Source: Desulfatiglandales bacterium | GTDB taxonomy: Bacteria; Desulfobacterota; DSM-4660; Desulfatiglandales; Desulfatiglandaceae | Direction of reading: 5' to 3' | Assembly: GCA_963662465.1 (NCBI GenBank) | Contig: OY759599.1 | Coordinates: 6,752,001-6,816,000 of the forward strand | Length of the DNA stretch: 64,000 bases | In this document: piece by piece, positions 19,578 through 28,713 of the stretch | Position numbering within the stretch: the first letter of the stretch is position 1 | Layout: every line of letters begins with the position of its first letter | Notes under the pieces: model-generated | What the model saw: the letters and a program-made list of their open reading frames with translations, nothing else | Databases searched by the model: none | Told to the model about the DNA's origin: nothing | Translations under genes and position numbers: made by a program

Positions 19578-22312
19578 CTTATCGTTCGCGTTTTAAAAAT
19601 AAGTTCTGCAAATTTTGCCGAGGAGGCAGGCAGCACTTACTTGGCGGAACAACATCTCCACGATAAAATACGATATCAGAGGCATTGGTAGTACATCCCC
19701 GGTAAGGATACAGGCCCATAAGGGGAACAGGAACGAGCGCCTTGATAGATTGATTCGAAATTGTCGTAATTCATAGCTATTATTATTTTTTAATGGATTC
19801 AAAAACAATACGATAACATGCTGGAATAACGATGGACATTCACAGCTGTTTGTATTATATTAGTTTCCCAACATTACAACCACTTGAAATAACAGGGGAA
19901 CTATATGAACCGACATGTGACGCATGTGTTCATTTTCGCATCAGTGTGTTTTTTGGTTTGGTTTTGCAGTTTTTCAAAGGTGCAGGCATCACCTGTTTCA
20001 GCAGGTACTGGAAATAATATAAATGCCGGTGCATCATCAAATCAACAAACTGGTCAATCTGAAAATCAACCCAGACCTTTCGGTCAGAAGAATGATCGGC
20101 AGAAAATCCCAAAGCTTGAACGAAACAGGCTGGAAGAAGGTAAAAAATCAGCACCTGTAAGGAAACGAAAAAAAAAGAAAAAATCAAATAAAACGAAAAC
20201 TGCCAAGAAAAAGCGTGAGGGAACTCTATCATCGGATGATGATGCCTCTCACATTGCAAACAAAAGGAAAAAGGTCAAAAAGATTAACGTTACAGCAGAA
20301 AGAGTTGACGATATACCCCTATTGATAAAGGCCATGGTGAAAATGGGTATACAAGAAGCTATAGACCAACACATCCCAGTTCAAAAGAACCAAAGAGATT
20401 TGAGCTGGGGATGGACGGCTGTTATATGGTTGGCATATATGTTATCGGAGGGAGACCATCGCAAAGTAGTCGTCCGGGAATATGTATCTGGAATGCGGCA
20501 TACCTTAATCGAATTAACAGGATTGATAATCTCCGAAAATGATTTCACAGACGATCGTTTAGCGAATCTTGCCAGGTATTTAAGCGATAACGATATTTGG
20601 AGCAAAGTTGAAGAGAGAATAAGTGGCAATACGATTGAAGCATATGAGTTGCCGGAAGAAACTGTCAGGGTTGATGCTACGACTGTATCCGGCTACCACA
20701 AAACAGTTGAAGGTGGGATATTCCAATTTGGTGTTAGTAAAGACGACCCCAATAGACCGCAAATAAAAATCATGACGGGTTCGCTGGATCCTCTTGGGAT
20801 GCCGTTAGCCACGGATGTTGTTCCAGGGCAAATGGCCGATGACAAATTGTATGCACCTATCATAAGTCGCATTCACTCTATGCTCCAGAAACAAGGTGTC
20901 CTTTATGTGGGCGATTGCAAACTGAGTTCTCTTGAAAATCGTTTACACATTAAGGAAAAAGCGGAAGGACATTACTTATGTCCATTGCCTAATACTGGGA
21001 AAACCCCAGAATATATGGAGAAATGGATAGATGAAGGAAATTTGAAAGACAAAAAGAACGAGTTGATAAAGTACATCGTCCAAGACGATAAAGGTCAAGA
21101 GGAACTGAAAGCAAAAGGGTATGAGATAGAGCGTAACCAATCTGGTGAAATAAATGGAAAAGTGCTGAAATGGAAGGAACGCGTATTGATTGTAAAATCA
21201 CCAGCGTATGAAAAGCAAAAAGAACTGGGATTGGAACGACGGCTTAAAAGCGCCGAGGAAAAATTATATGCTCTGACACCACCAAGAGGCCCGGGGAAAA
21301 GGCAGATCAAAGAAAGAGAAAAATTAATAGAATCAGCAAAATCGATTTTGAAAAAACATAGGGTGAAAGATTTCCTTAAATATGAATATGTGCGGGAAGT
21401 AGAAAGTAAAACGAAATATATTGGTAAAGGTAGAGGGAGTGTCAAAAGAGAGAAAAAGGTTGAAGAAAGAATACGTTATCAAATAACAAAAGTGACACGG
21501 ATTAAGGAAGCAATAGATGCGGAGAAGAAGAAGTATGGGTGGAAGGCCTATGTTACAGATGTATCAAAGGAGCGACTTGATTTTATTGATGTAGTTAGGT
21601 CTTATCGAAAACAATACCGGGTTGAACGAATATTTAACCGACTGAAAAGTAGGCTAAACATCGCTCCATTTTACGTAAAAAGGGAAGATCAAGTTAAAGG
21701 AATAACGCATCTTCTGATGATAGGAGTCAGGGTAATTACTCTGGTTGAATTTGTTGTTCGCCGCTCATTAGCAAGAAGCGACGAAAAGCTTGTTGGATTG
21801 CACCTGGGAAATCCCAAGAAAGCTACGAACAATCCAATGTGTGAGAAGCTATTAAATGCTTTCAGCAAAATTACATTAACGATAATTGAAACAGGAGATA
21901 GTGTGATAAGACATCTAACCCCACTTTCTCAATTGCAACGTGAAATTCTAAAACACTTTGGACTTAGCACTTCTATATACGATAATTTAGAAGTTATGCA
22001 ATAGTAAAATATTATCGTCATAGTCCTTACAGGTTGTCACAATTGAAATACAGATTTTACGACAATTTATATGATTGTTGGAGATATGGAACGATGGTGT
22101 TTTACGCACGATCCATTCCATTTTCTGCCCTATTGTGTTGTTCCAATATTCGACGTGTGTTGTTTTTCAGGCTTTACTAACCCATGGATGCATGTTGCTC
22201 AAAAAGACTCCTGGTAGGCTTTCCGGAAATAACTTTTCCCCCTGCCAAGAGAGGTACCCTCTACCAGATTTCGAAATTAATCGAAGTGCAAATTTAAAAC
22301 GCGAACGATAAG
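19578..22312 (+). mobile_element. IS1634-family insertion sequence (second type)
   Basis: 20-bp perfect TIR CTTATCGTTCGCGTTTTAAA; 6-bp TSD TATTAA. Confidence 0.9.
19905..22004 (+). CDS. IS1634-family DDE transposase
   Basis: ERVDDIPLL, VRVDATT, SKDDPNRPQIK, VGDCKL, YRKQYRVERIFNRLK. Confidence 0.87.
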   Translation: MNRHVTHVFIFASVCFLVWFCSFSKVQASPVSAGTGNNINAGASSNQQTGQSENQPRPFGQKNDRQKIPKLERNRLEEGKKSAPVRKRKKKKKSNKTKTAKKKREGTLSSDDDASHIANKRKKVKKINVTAERVDDIPLLIKAMVKMGIQEAIDQHIPVQKNQRDLSWGWTAVIWLAYMLSEGDHRKVVVREYVSGMRHTLIELTGLIISENDFTDDRLANLARYLSDNDIWSKVEERISGNTIEAYELPEETVRVDATTVSGYHKTVEGGIFQFGVSKDDPNRPQIKIMTGSLDPLGMPLATDVVPGQMADDKLYAPIISRIHSMLQKQGVLYVGDCKLSSLENRLHIKEKAEGHYLCPLPNTGKTPEYMEKWIDEGNLKDKKNELIKYIVQDDKGQEELKAKGYEIERNQSGEINGKVLKWKERVLIVKSPAYEKQKELGLERRLKSAEEKLYALTPPRGPGKRQIKEREKLIESAKSILKKHRVKDFLKYEYVREVESKTKYIGKGRGSVKREKKVEERIRYQITKVTRIKEAIDAEKKKYGWKAYVTDVSKERLDFIDVVRSYRKQYRVERIFNRLKSRLNIAPFYVKREDQVKGITHLLMIGVRVITLVEFVVRRSLARSDEKLVGLHLGNPKKATNNPMCEKLLNAFSKITLTIIETGDSVIRHLTPLSQLQREILKHFGLSTSIYDNLEVMQ

Positions 22313-22948
22313 TATTAAATACATCAATATAATCGCTTAATATTTCGCGTTCATTATTTGTAAGCTTCATATCTTTTAAAATCAAAATTTCGGTTTTCAG
22401 ATTTTTAATAAGTTGTTCAAATCGTCCATAATTAATTCCGAGGCTTGTTTCACTCTGAATGGTTTTTAAAATCTTATATGATTCCTGAAATTTTTTTTTA
22501 TCCACTCTCAAATATTGATAATAAATAAAAATAGCTACAACTAGAAAAAAAATCCCACCAAAAATTATAAAAAAACGCATCGATAAAAATCTATGCAAAA
22601 ACAAAGTTTTAGATTTGTGAATGTCATCGGTTTCAAATTCTTGATTTCTATCTTTCCTACCTCTTTTGGCTATTTGATGTGTAAAGGCAGATTTTTTGGG
22701 TTTATTATTCGCTTTTTTTATCTCCTTTTCAGTCTTATTCTTTTTAAATCTCTCTTCGCCATCTTTCTTTGTTTTTTTTGAATGGAATTCTTCCCATTTT
22801 TTGAATATAATTCCGCATTTGGGACATTCTGTATTTTGTTTATCACTCTCAAAACCACAATTTGGGCAAGTCTTCATGTTGTCTTCCTAAATTGAAAAAA
22901 TGAGAAAGTTGTTAAATCAATGGTCACAGTACTTTCGAATGAATATTT

Positions 22949-23114
22949 GGCCTTGATCATCGTTTCGGCCATTAATCAATTTTTTCCTTCCCACAGCCTT
23001 CTGCGCCAAAGCCTGTGTGGAGATAACATCTTGATTATTCATACGACTTGTCCCCCTTATTTAAGAGGAGAGGCCAGTTGGGAATAAGCGGTGGCCGAAA
23101 CGATGATCAAGGCC
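22949..23114. mobile_element. MITE (166 bp), IS1595/ISL3-like ends
   Basis: 23-bp perfect TIR GGCCTTGATCATCGTTTCGGCCA; 8-bp TSD GAATATTT. Confidence 0.87.
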
Positions 23115-23165
23115 GAATATTTTAAAAGCGGAAGTGTAAATTGCGCAGATGTAACTCCCACACTT

Positions 23166-23879
23166 TTATGACTGGGCGGATGCGAGTCGGTGGCCGATGG
23201 ATTTAAAATATTCATTCGAAATTCCTTGTACTGCGGGATGTTTACAGATGATGTAGCTCGTTTCGCCGGTTTGTGCAATGTTGTATCCGCCGGGATCTGA
23301 TTTAAAAACAGCTTTTGAAATACTTTTCCAGTAGTGTGAATAAGATGTTCCGTAGAAGACAATACTCGCTGGTTTGTGCGATGCAATGGCTGCTGAAATC
23401 CGTGACGTTCGTACTGTCTCGAATTTACTTTGATATTTCTTTCGGGATTTGAAATCTGGACTGTCTGTCCATTTACCATAGTTCCATTGGTCGACTGATT
23501 TTGAAGGCAACGGAAAAAGTGGTGTTAGGCGATGACCACAGTCTAGGCGACCGAGTCTGGTGCGCTGAAACTCGCGAACAGACTCCGTATCTATTGGTCG
23601 ATCTTTAATGGCTAGAAGAATTCTTATTGAGGCAGCCCATGTTTTCTGAATCTTTGGATGGGAATCGAACCAGTGGCCGAGTCCGATTTCACGGCAATAC
23701 TCCTGTGCATCCTCAAGTTCCTGTCGGCCACGACTAAGCCAAGTAGACACACGTTTGGCAATCTCGTTTTTTGTATCACCGCCTCCCTCTTCCATACTGA
23801 TGAACCATCTGGATGCCGAGATGTCGCCATATCCATAAAAGTTTTCGCAAAAATCTTTTAACTGTAGAGAATCAAACAT
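23166..23879 (-). CDS. Hypothetical protein (weakly uracil-DNA-glycosylase-like)
   Basis: Start taken as MFDSLQ because the upstream part of the track ORF lies in a MITE; FYGYG..WFISMEEGGG and C-terminal KHP motifs. Confidence 0.65.
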   Translation of the reverse strand: MFDSLQLKDFCENFYGYGDISASRWFISMEEGGGDTKNEIAKRVSTWLSRGRQELEDAQEYCREIGLGHWFDSHPKIQKTWAASIRILLAIKDRPIDTESVREFQRTRLGRLDCGHRLTPLFPLPSKSVDQWNYGKWTDSPDFKSRKKYQSKFETVRTSRISAAIASHKPASIVFYGTSYSHYWKSISKAVFKSDPGGYNIAQTGETSYIICKHPAVQGISNEYFKSIGHRLASAQS

Positions 23880-23909
23880 ATTTAGTCCTTTCAACGCCAA
23901 GCCCACTAG

Positions 23910-24269
23910 TATCCCGTCCCAAAAGTTTTGACCACATATTTGGCAATGCATCTTCCAATAAGATGCCTCAACTTTAAACCCATATTCAATGGCATTCAGC
24001 AGGAAAAATTTTAATATTTTAAATGGTTATAAATTTTTTGTTTCACAAAATGGGTTCAAAGCAATGACATGCCCAAGGAGTTTGTGAAGACTTCAAACAA
24101 CACAAAAATAGAAACAACTTGTTTACTTTCATACCCTGATATCATCAGCAAAAGAATATGTATAGTAAAAATTAACCTCTTGTTGGATACTAAAGTTGCC
24201 AAATATTTTGAAATACAGATTGAAAACTTGAATTGCCGGAAAACAGGTCAGAACTTTTGGGACGGAGTA
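23910..24269. mobile_element. MITE / internally deleted IS (360 bp)
   Basis: 24-bp TIRs TATCCCGTCCCAAAAGTTTTGACC / TACTCCGTCCCAAAAGTTCTGACC; CTAG on both flanks. Confidence 0.8.
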
Positions 24270-24394
24270 CTAGCACTCTCATTGACGTTCCCATTACCTT
24301 GTGATCAAATATCTGGTTCCCAGCATCCTACCTAGTAAAACCGAGAGAGATTTTCAAGAAAAAGGAATTGACAAGCTTGGCAAAAAAACAGACA

Positions 24395-24482
24395 AGCCAA
24401 CGCTTGCCATAACCGGCAGCTAAAAGCATAGCGACAATAGGAGCGATGCTTTTAGCTGTCCGAGTTGATGGGATTGTTAGGG
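24395..24482 (-). repeat. attC site (divergent type)
   Basis: R'' CCCTAAC, long stem CAGCTAAAAGCAT / ATGCTTTTAGCTG, R' GTTGGCT. Confidence 0.85.
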
Positions 24483-25306
24483 AATTTTTTATACATATTT
24501 CTTTTTAACACACGTTTTAATTCGACTTCTGCCCATCTTTGTATATCAGCAAGCTTATTCAATTTAGATTCAATAATCAAAGCTGTTGAACCTGACTCAC
24601 TAAGAAACTCTCCTAAACCTTTGGTACCCTTCATAAGGTTACAAGTTCTACAAAGAAGGATCGTGTTATCCAAACTCAAAGCACCTCCTTTGGCAAACGA
24701 CTTCATATGATCGATATGAAGAGGTTCAGCGTATTTCTCCATACTCTCATCATGTGAAATATTGCAAATAAAGCATTTATCAGAAAATGCTAATCGTGTT
24801 ACAAGATATTGAAAAAGATCAAATTCATTATCTGCCACATTTCTCTTAATATTACGATCCAAGTTGCAGTCATTGCACCATGAAAAATACACCTTTTCTG
24901 GATCTTGTAACTTTGCAAAGCAATTTAAGTCTTTTACTTTCTTACAGTTGGGGCAATATTTTTCTTTAAGCTGTAAATTGAATCCATCTATTGGGGGAAT
25001 GCCGTGCTCAAGTTTCATGTGGTTTATAACAGCAGACCACTTAAACACCCTATTGCATATTGGGCACTTCCTATTAGCTCCCCCAGGTTTCATGCACTCA
25101 ATGCACTGAGTTCTGTAACCGTAATTATTGCTTTTATCAGACAAAAAGTTCGTTATCGGTAATGAAAGTTTGCATTTGCTGCAGAACTTTTCAGCAGTAG
25201 GGTGGTTAGCAAAATAGGAAATAGGATCTGTAGAATGGGCGGTTTTTAAGTGCTCTAACAAATCCCTGTTAGACTTAAGAATATTTCCACAAACTTCGCA
25301 TTTCAT
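24452..25306 (-). CDS. C2H2/Zn-ribbon + HNH endonuclease protein
   Basis: Several CxxC and C2H2 motifs; HIDHMKSFAKGG...LLCRTCN. Confidence 0.82.
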   Translation of the reverse strand: MKCEVCGNILKSNRDLLEHLKTAHSTDPISYFANHPTAEKFCSKCKLSLPITNFLSDKSNNYGYRTQCIECMKPGGANRKCPICNRVFKWSAVINHMKLEHGIPPIDGFNLQLKEKYCPNCKKVKDLNCFAKLQDPEKVYFSWCNDCNLDRNIKRNVADNEFDLFQYLVTRLAFSDKCFICNISHDESMEKYAEPLHIDHMKSFAKGGALSLDNTILLCRTCNLMKGTKGLGEFLSESGSTALIIESKLNKLADIQRWAEVELKRVLKRNMYKKFPNNPINSDS

Positions 25307-25319
25307 GATTATTTATGAC

Positions 25320-25407
25320 CCCTAACGACAAGCTCACCAGCGCCGTGCACGGACTACCCTTGGAAATCCGCATGGCATACGGCGTCTGGTGAAGTGTTTG
25401 GTTCGCG
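25320..25407 (-). repeat. attC site (main family)
   Basis: R'' CGCGAAC, ...GGTGAGCTTGTC-GTTAGGG. Confidence 0.92.
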
Positions 25408-25521
25408 ACTTCACAGCTTAATTTGAATAATGCCGATTTTGGTAGCAAAATGACATTATAGGATTGTAAACAGGTAGAAGTTCCATGTCCTATATGACGG
25501 AAAAACGGTAACCATTTAGCG

Positions 25522-28500
25522 TTATTGTTTTATTTTTAGAAAACAGCCATTTTCAATAATTGCACCACTTTTTACATTAACTTTTGGTGCTTTCAAGATA
25601 ACTTTGGCCCCGTTTTGGATTCTTGTTCCAGAGTCGATGGTGATGGATTTTTCGGCGGTGACTTCACAATTCGTTTCTGAATTAAATCTAATGTTCTTGT
25701 AGACTGGATTATCAGAGAGAGAATAGTAAGGAGATTGGCCTTTTGATAATCGAAACACAGTTGTCGCGCATGGATAAATCTGAACGACTCTTTCTGCAAC
25801 AAGGGTTTCACCTGAAAAAAACTTGAGTGTTACATCTTCCAAAAAAGCTTTCTCATTTAATCCGTTCAATCTGTAAGCAATCCCCCAATTACAGTTTGGA
25901 GAAGAATAGCTAAAATCCCTATCACGAAAAGTAAACACAGCATAATCTGGATGCTTAAAAAGATCGTACCAAAATAACGATTCAGGATTAATACCGAAAT
26001 TTCCGCAGTACTCCAAACTTGTTTCAATTCTTGTAATATTACCATAGCCAGAATCCCGACAGTCAACAATCAAACCACCACGACTTAGATCAACACCGGA
26101 TTCCGAATATACAACATGGTAAGTATCGTGGTACGTGTACCCGGTCTCCCTGGGAAATTCATCTTCAATTTCCATTGAAATAAGTGCGTCTTTCCCAACA
26201 GGAGTAGGCTCATTGCCAACAAATTTCGATATAAGCTCCGCAACCCTAGAGTCATATCGCATTTCATCATGGTCTATATACATCAGCCACAGGGGAACAC
26301 GAAGTCCTTCCGTGTTTAATGGTAGCAGGCTTGCGCTACTTATGGATACCACCCCATCGTCATGATTAGGAGCTTCGTTATGCGCTACTCCCGCCCAGAT
26401 ATATGTTTTCGTGCCGGCAACAACACGAGCGGCAATTTCGCTTGGAAATTCTTTGCCAACCATCTCTAGTAAATTTGGGCTGCCTGGGGTGAGTTCTTCG
26501 TAAATTGGTGCATGGGGATCCAAGTGGGTCCAGAGTCTCTGCGCCACAGCAAACGTATCATCCTCATAAATCCTTTGTGCACTGTATGACCCATGGTGCG
26601 GGGGACCAAACATGATTATCTTTCCAATATTAATGCTTGCCTCATCCGCATGGTCTATGCAATACTTTCTAACAATAACACCTCCATAGCTGTGAGTTGC
26701 AACGTTAAATTTCCTGCCGGGATAGAATCTCCCTACGTCCTTTATAGCAGACCTGAAAAGTTCAGAACAGGCTACTATGGTTTCTGTCCCTCGGTAATTG
26801 AATACCCAGGTGTTCTCAGTAGACTCTTTCTTCCTCAGATTGGACACGTTGTCTTCCCAATACCCAGACTGACCATTAATACCATGCACGATTAAGGTAG
26901 GCTCTTTAATGCCATCATATATCTTGTCCTGATTTCCTGAATTAGCGTTGTAAGGGGCCTCTAAGACGTAATTTCGGAGATCTCTATGGTTGGGGCTATA
27001 ACATTTCTGCCCATCAAGGGATAGATTTTCGGACCAGTCACTATCTTTCAAAACCCTAACATTTTGAATAATTGGTATTTTTATTTTGGAATTGTAATCG
27101 ATTGCTCTGTAATGCAAAGTCCACCAGGTAACCGAATTTTCATAGCCTGGATCGGTAGGGTAGAAAAAAAGATATCTTGTTTCATCGAGATTAAGGTGTT
27201 CGGTTTTTTCCCAAAAAAATGAATCGTTTCGCTTAAAGTCTTCCAAATCGGTGATATCCAGCGTAAGCCTGCCATTGGAAACATTGAAAGATTTCAAAAC
27301 ATAGCCTATCAATGTGGCTGGTTCAAAAATAAAAGCATAAGATAGGTCGCTGAAATAAGGGTAAAAATAAGTTTTTGGGTCAAGAACGCTTGATAAACTA
27401 GGAGGTGGGAGTTTCACATAAAGTTTCCCATTCAGCTTTTCATCATTTTCACCTTTGATATTAATTATGATATCTTTACTTACTTGTGGAGGTTCAACAG
27501 ATCCGTCCCGGACAGGCCAAACATAGTAATGGGTTGATTTGATATTATCATCAAGTTTTCCAGTGCGAACGTAGAGAATCGTTGCCCAATTGTGGTCTGT
27601 GGGGTGTGTACTCGACGACCAATAATATGGGTCTGACCCAAGATTTACAAAAGGATGTTCAAGGGGTAACGAGGGATGGTCTTGGGAAAAATCCGCTAGG
27701 GTTTGAAGTTCTTTTCTATTTGGTAGCCGCCAATCACCATAAGTTCCGGTATAGCCACTACAGGTGTAGTTTGAAGGGTTTGAATTTAGACCACTTACCG
27801 CATCCAATGCTTCTTGCCAAGTTTTGGTTCCAAAACAGTTGGCGTCTAGGAGCCAAATAAGTCCAGTCAGATTATCTTTAACCGTACCATCTCCGTTGTT
27901 TGAAAACCTCGGCTCAGGCCAATGTGCTCCCCGCTCTAAGTCACCATCGTCACCAGCTGCATAGCTTACTTTTTGACCAGTTTGCCACACCTGGGCAGGA
28001 GGCGTACTTAATCTTCGAACTGGCCAAGGATAGTAAGTAATAGACTTCTTTTGATAATGAGTGTGGCCATTAGGCATTTCCATCCCCCAAGCTACATCTT
28101 CACCGTTGGTTGAAGACCAATAATTGGACGATTTTACATCCTTAAATCCTTGACTATTAAGCCATACGGCTGAATCCGTTTCTCCCGGATTGGCCAAACT
28201 TTCCAGCTCATGGATATTGGGGAGGACCCAATCGCCATATGTCGCTGTATATCCACCGCAAGAATACTTTCCGGGATTTGCGTTAAGGTCGGCCACTGAA
28301 CCCAACGCCTCCACCCAATTTTTGGTTTGGAAGCAATTGCCGCTTTTGAGCCACATAAGGCCTGTCAAGTGGTCCACCACCGTTCCATCACCGTTATCCG
28401 AGAATCTTGGGTCTGGCCACACAACTCCTGCCCGGATGTCTCCATCCTGTCCGGTCCCCACGCAAGAAATTACGTTCCCAGTAGAATCATAGCAAATTTT

Positions 28501-28620
28501 CTGACCAGTTTCAGGAAGATCAACCGTATTTGCATATGACAGCTCTGAATATATTGAAGTCGATAATACCATACCAATTAAGAATACTATCATGGAAATC
28601 AAGATTTCATTTCTCATCAT
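25522..28620 (-). CDS. Secreted 2x DUF1566 + alpha/beta hydrolase protein
   Basis: Start taken as MMRNEIL (RBS AAGGAG); signal peptide; two Lcl domains; VHGING, THSYGG, DDGVV. Confidence 0.86.
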   Translation of the reverse strand: MMRNEILISMIVFLIGMVLSTSIYSELSYANTVDLPETGQKICYDSTGNVISCVGTGQDGDIRAGVVWPDPRFSDNGDGTVVDHLTGLMWLKSGNCFQTKNWVEALGSVADLNANPGKYSCGGYTATYGDWVLPNIHELESLANPGETDSAVWLNSQGFKDVKSSNYWSSTNGEDVAWGMEMPNGHTHYQKKSITYYPWPVRRLSTPPAQVWQTGQKVSYAAGDDGDLERGAHWPEPRFSNNGDGTVKDNLTGLIWLLDANCFGTKTWQEALDAVSGLNSNPSNYTCSGYTGTYGDWRLPNRKELQTLADFSQDHPSLPLEHPFVNLGSDPYYWSSSTHPTDHNWATILYVRTGKLDDNIKSTHYYVWPVRDGSVEPPQVSKDIIINIKGENDEKLNGKLYVKLPPPSLSSVLDPKTYFYPYFSDLSYAFIFEPATLIGYVLKSFNVSNGRLTLDITDLEDFKRNDSFFWEKTEHLNLDETRYLFFYPTDPGYENSVTWWTLHYRAIDYNSKIKIPIIQNVRVLKDSDWSENLSLDGQKCYSPNHRDLRNYVLEAPYNANSGNQDKIYDGIKEPTLIVHGINGQSGYWEDNVSNLRKKESTENTWVFNYRGTETIVACSELFRSAIKDVGRFYPGRKFNVATHSYGGVIVRKYCIDHADEASINIGKIIMFGPPHHGSYSAQRIYEDDTFAVAQRLWTHLDPHAPIYEELTPGSPNLLEMVGKEFPSEIAARVVAGTKTYIWAGVAHNEAPNHDDGVVSISSASLLPLNTEGLRVPLWLMYIDHDEMRYDSRVAELISKFVGNEPTPVGKDALISMEIEDEFPRETGYTYHDTYHVVYSESGVDLSRGGLIVDCRDSGYGNITRIETSLEYCGNFGINPESLFWYDLFKHPDYAVFTFRDRDFSYSSPNCNWGIAYRLNGLNEKAFLEDVTLKFFSGETLVAERVVQIYPCATTVFRLSKGQSPYYSLSDNPVYKNIRFNSETNCEVTAEKSITIDSGTRIQNGAKVILKAPKVNVKSGAIIENGCFLKIKQ

Positions 28621-28713
28621 GTGAGGTTCTCCTTCCTTAACGGCTGCTATTTCCCGAATACGCTTGAGCACATGAAGGCAACGGGCCAAACCGAGCACCG
28701 TCATGTATCGCAC

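Larger units (their letters stand above)
19306..22877 (-). pseudogene. Zinc-ribbon/TM protein gene split by IS1634
   Basis: N-terminal CPNCG...ECPKCG and a TM helix; removing the IS gives in-frame ...DVFN-IYQSSSILW...KYP* ending at 19306. Confidence 0.82.

Noticed and set aside
19758..22068. 12-bp inverted repeat AAATTGTCGTAA as the IS ends
   Set aside because: No TSD; the outer 20-bp TIRs with the TATTAA duplication define the element.
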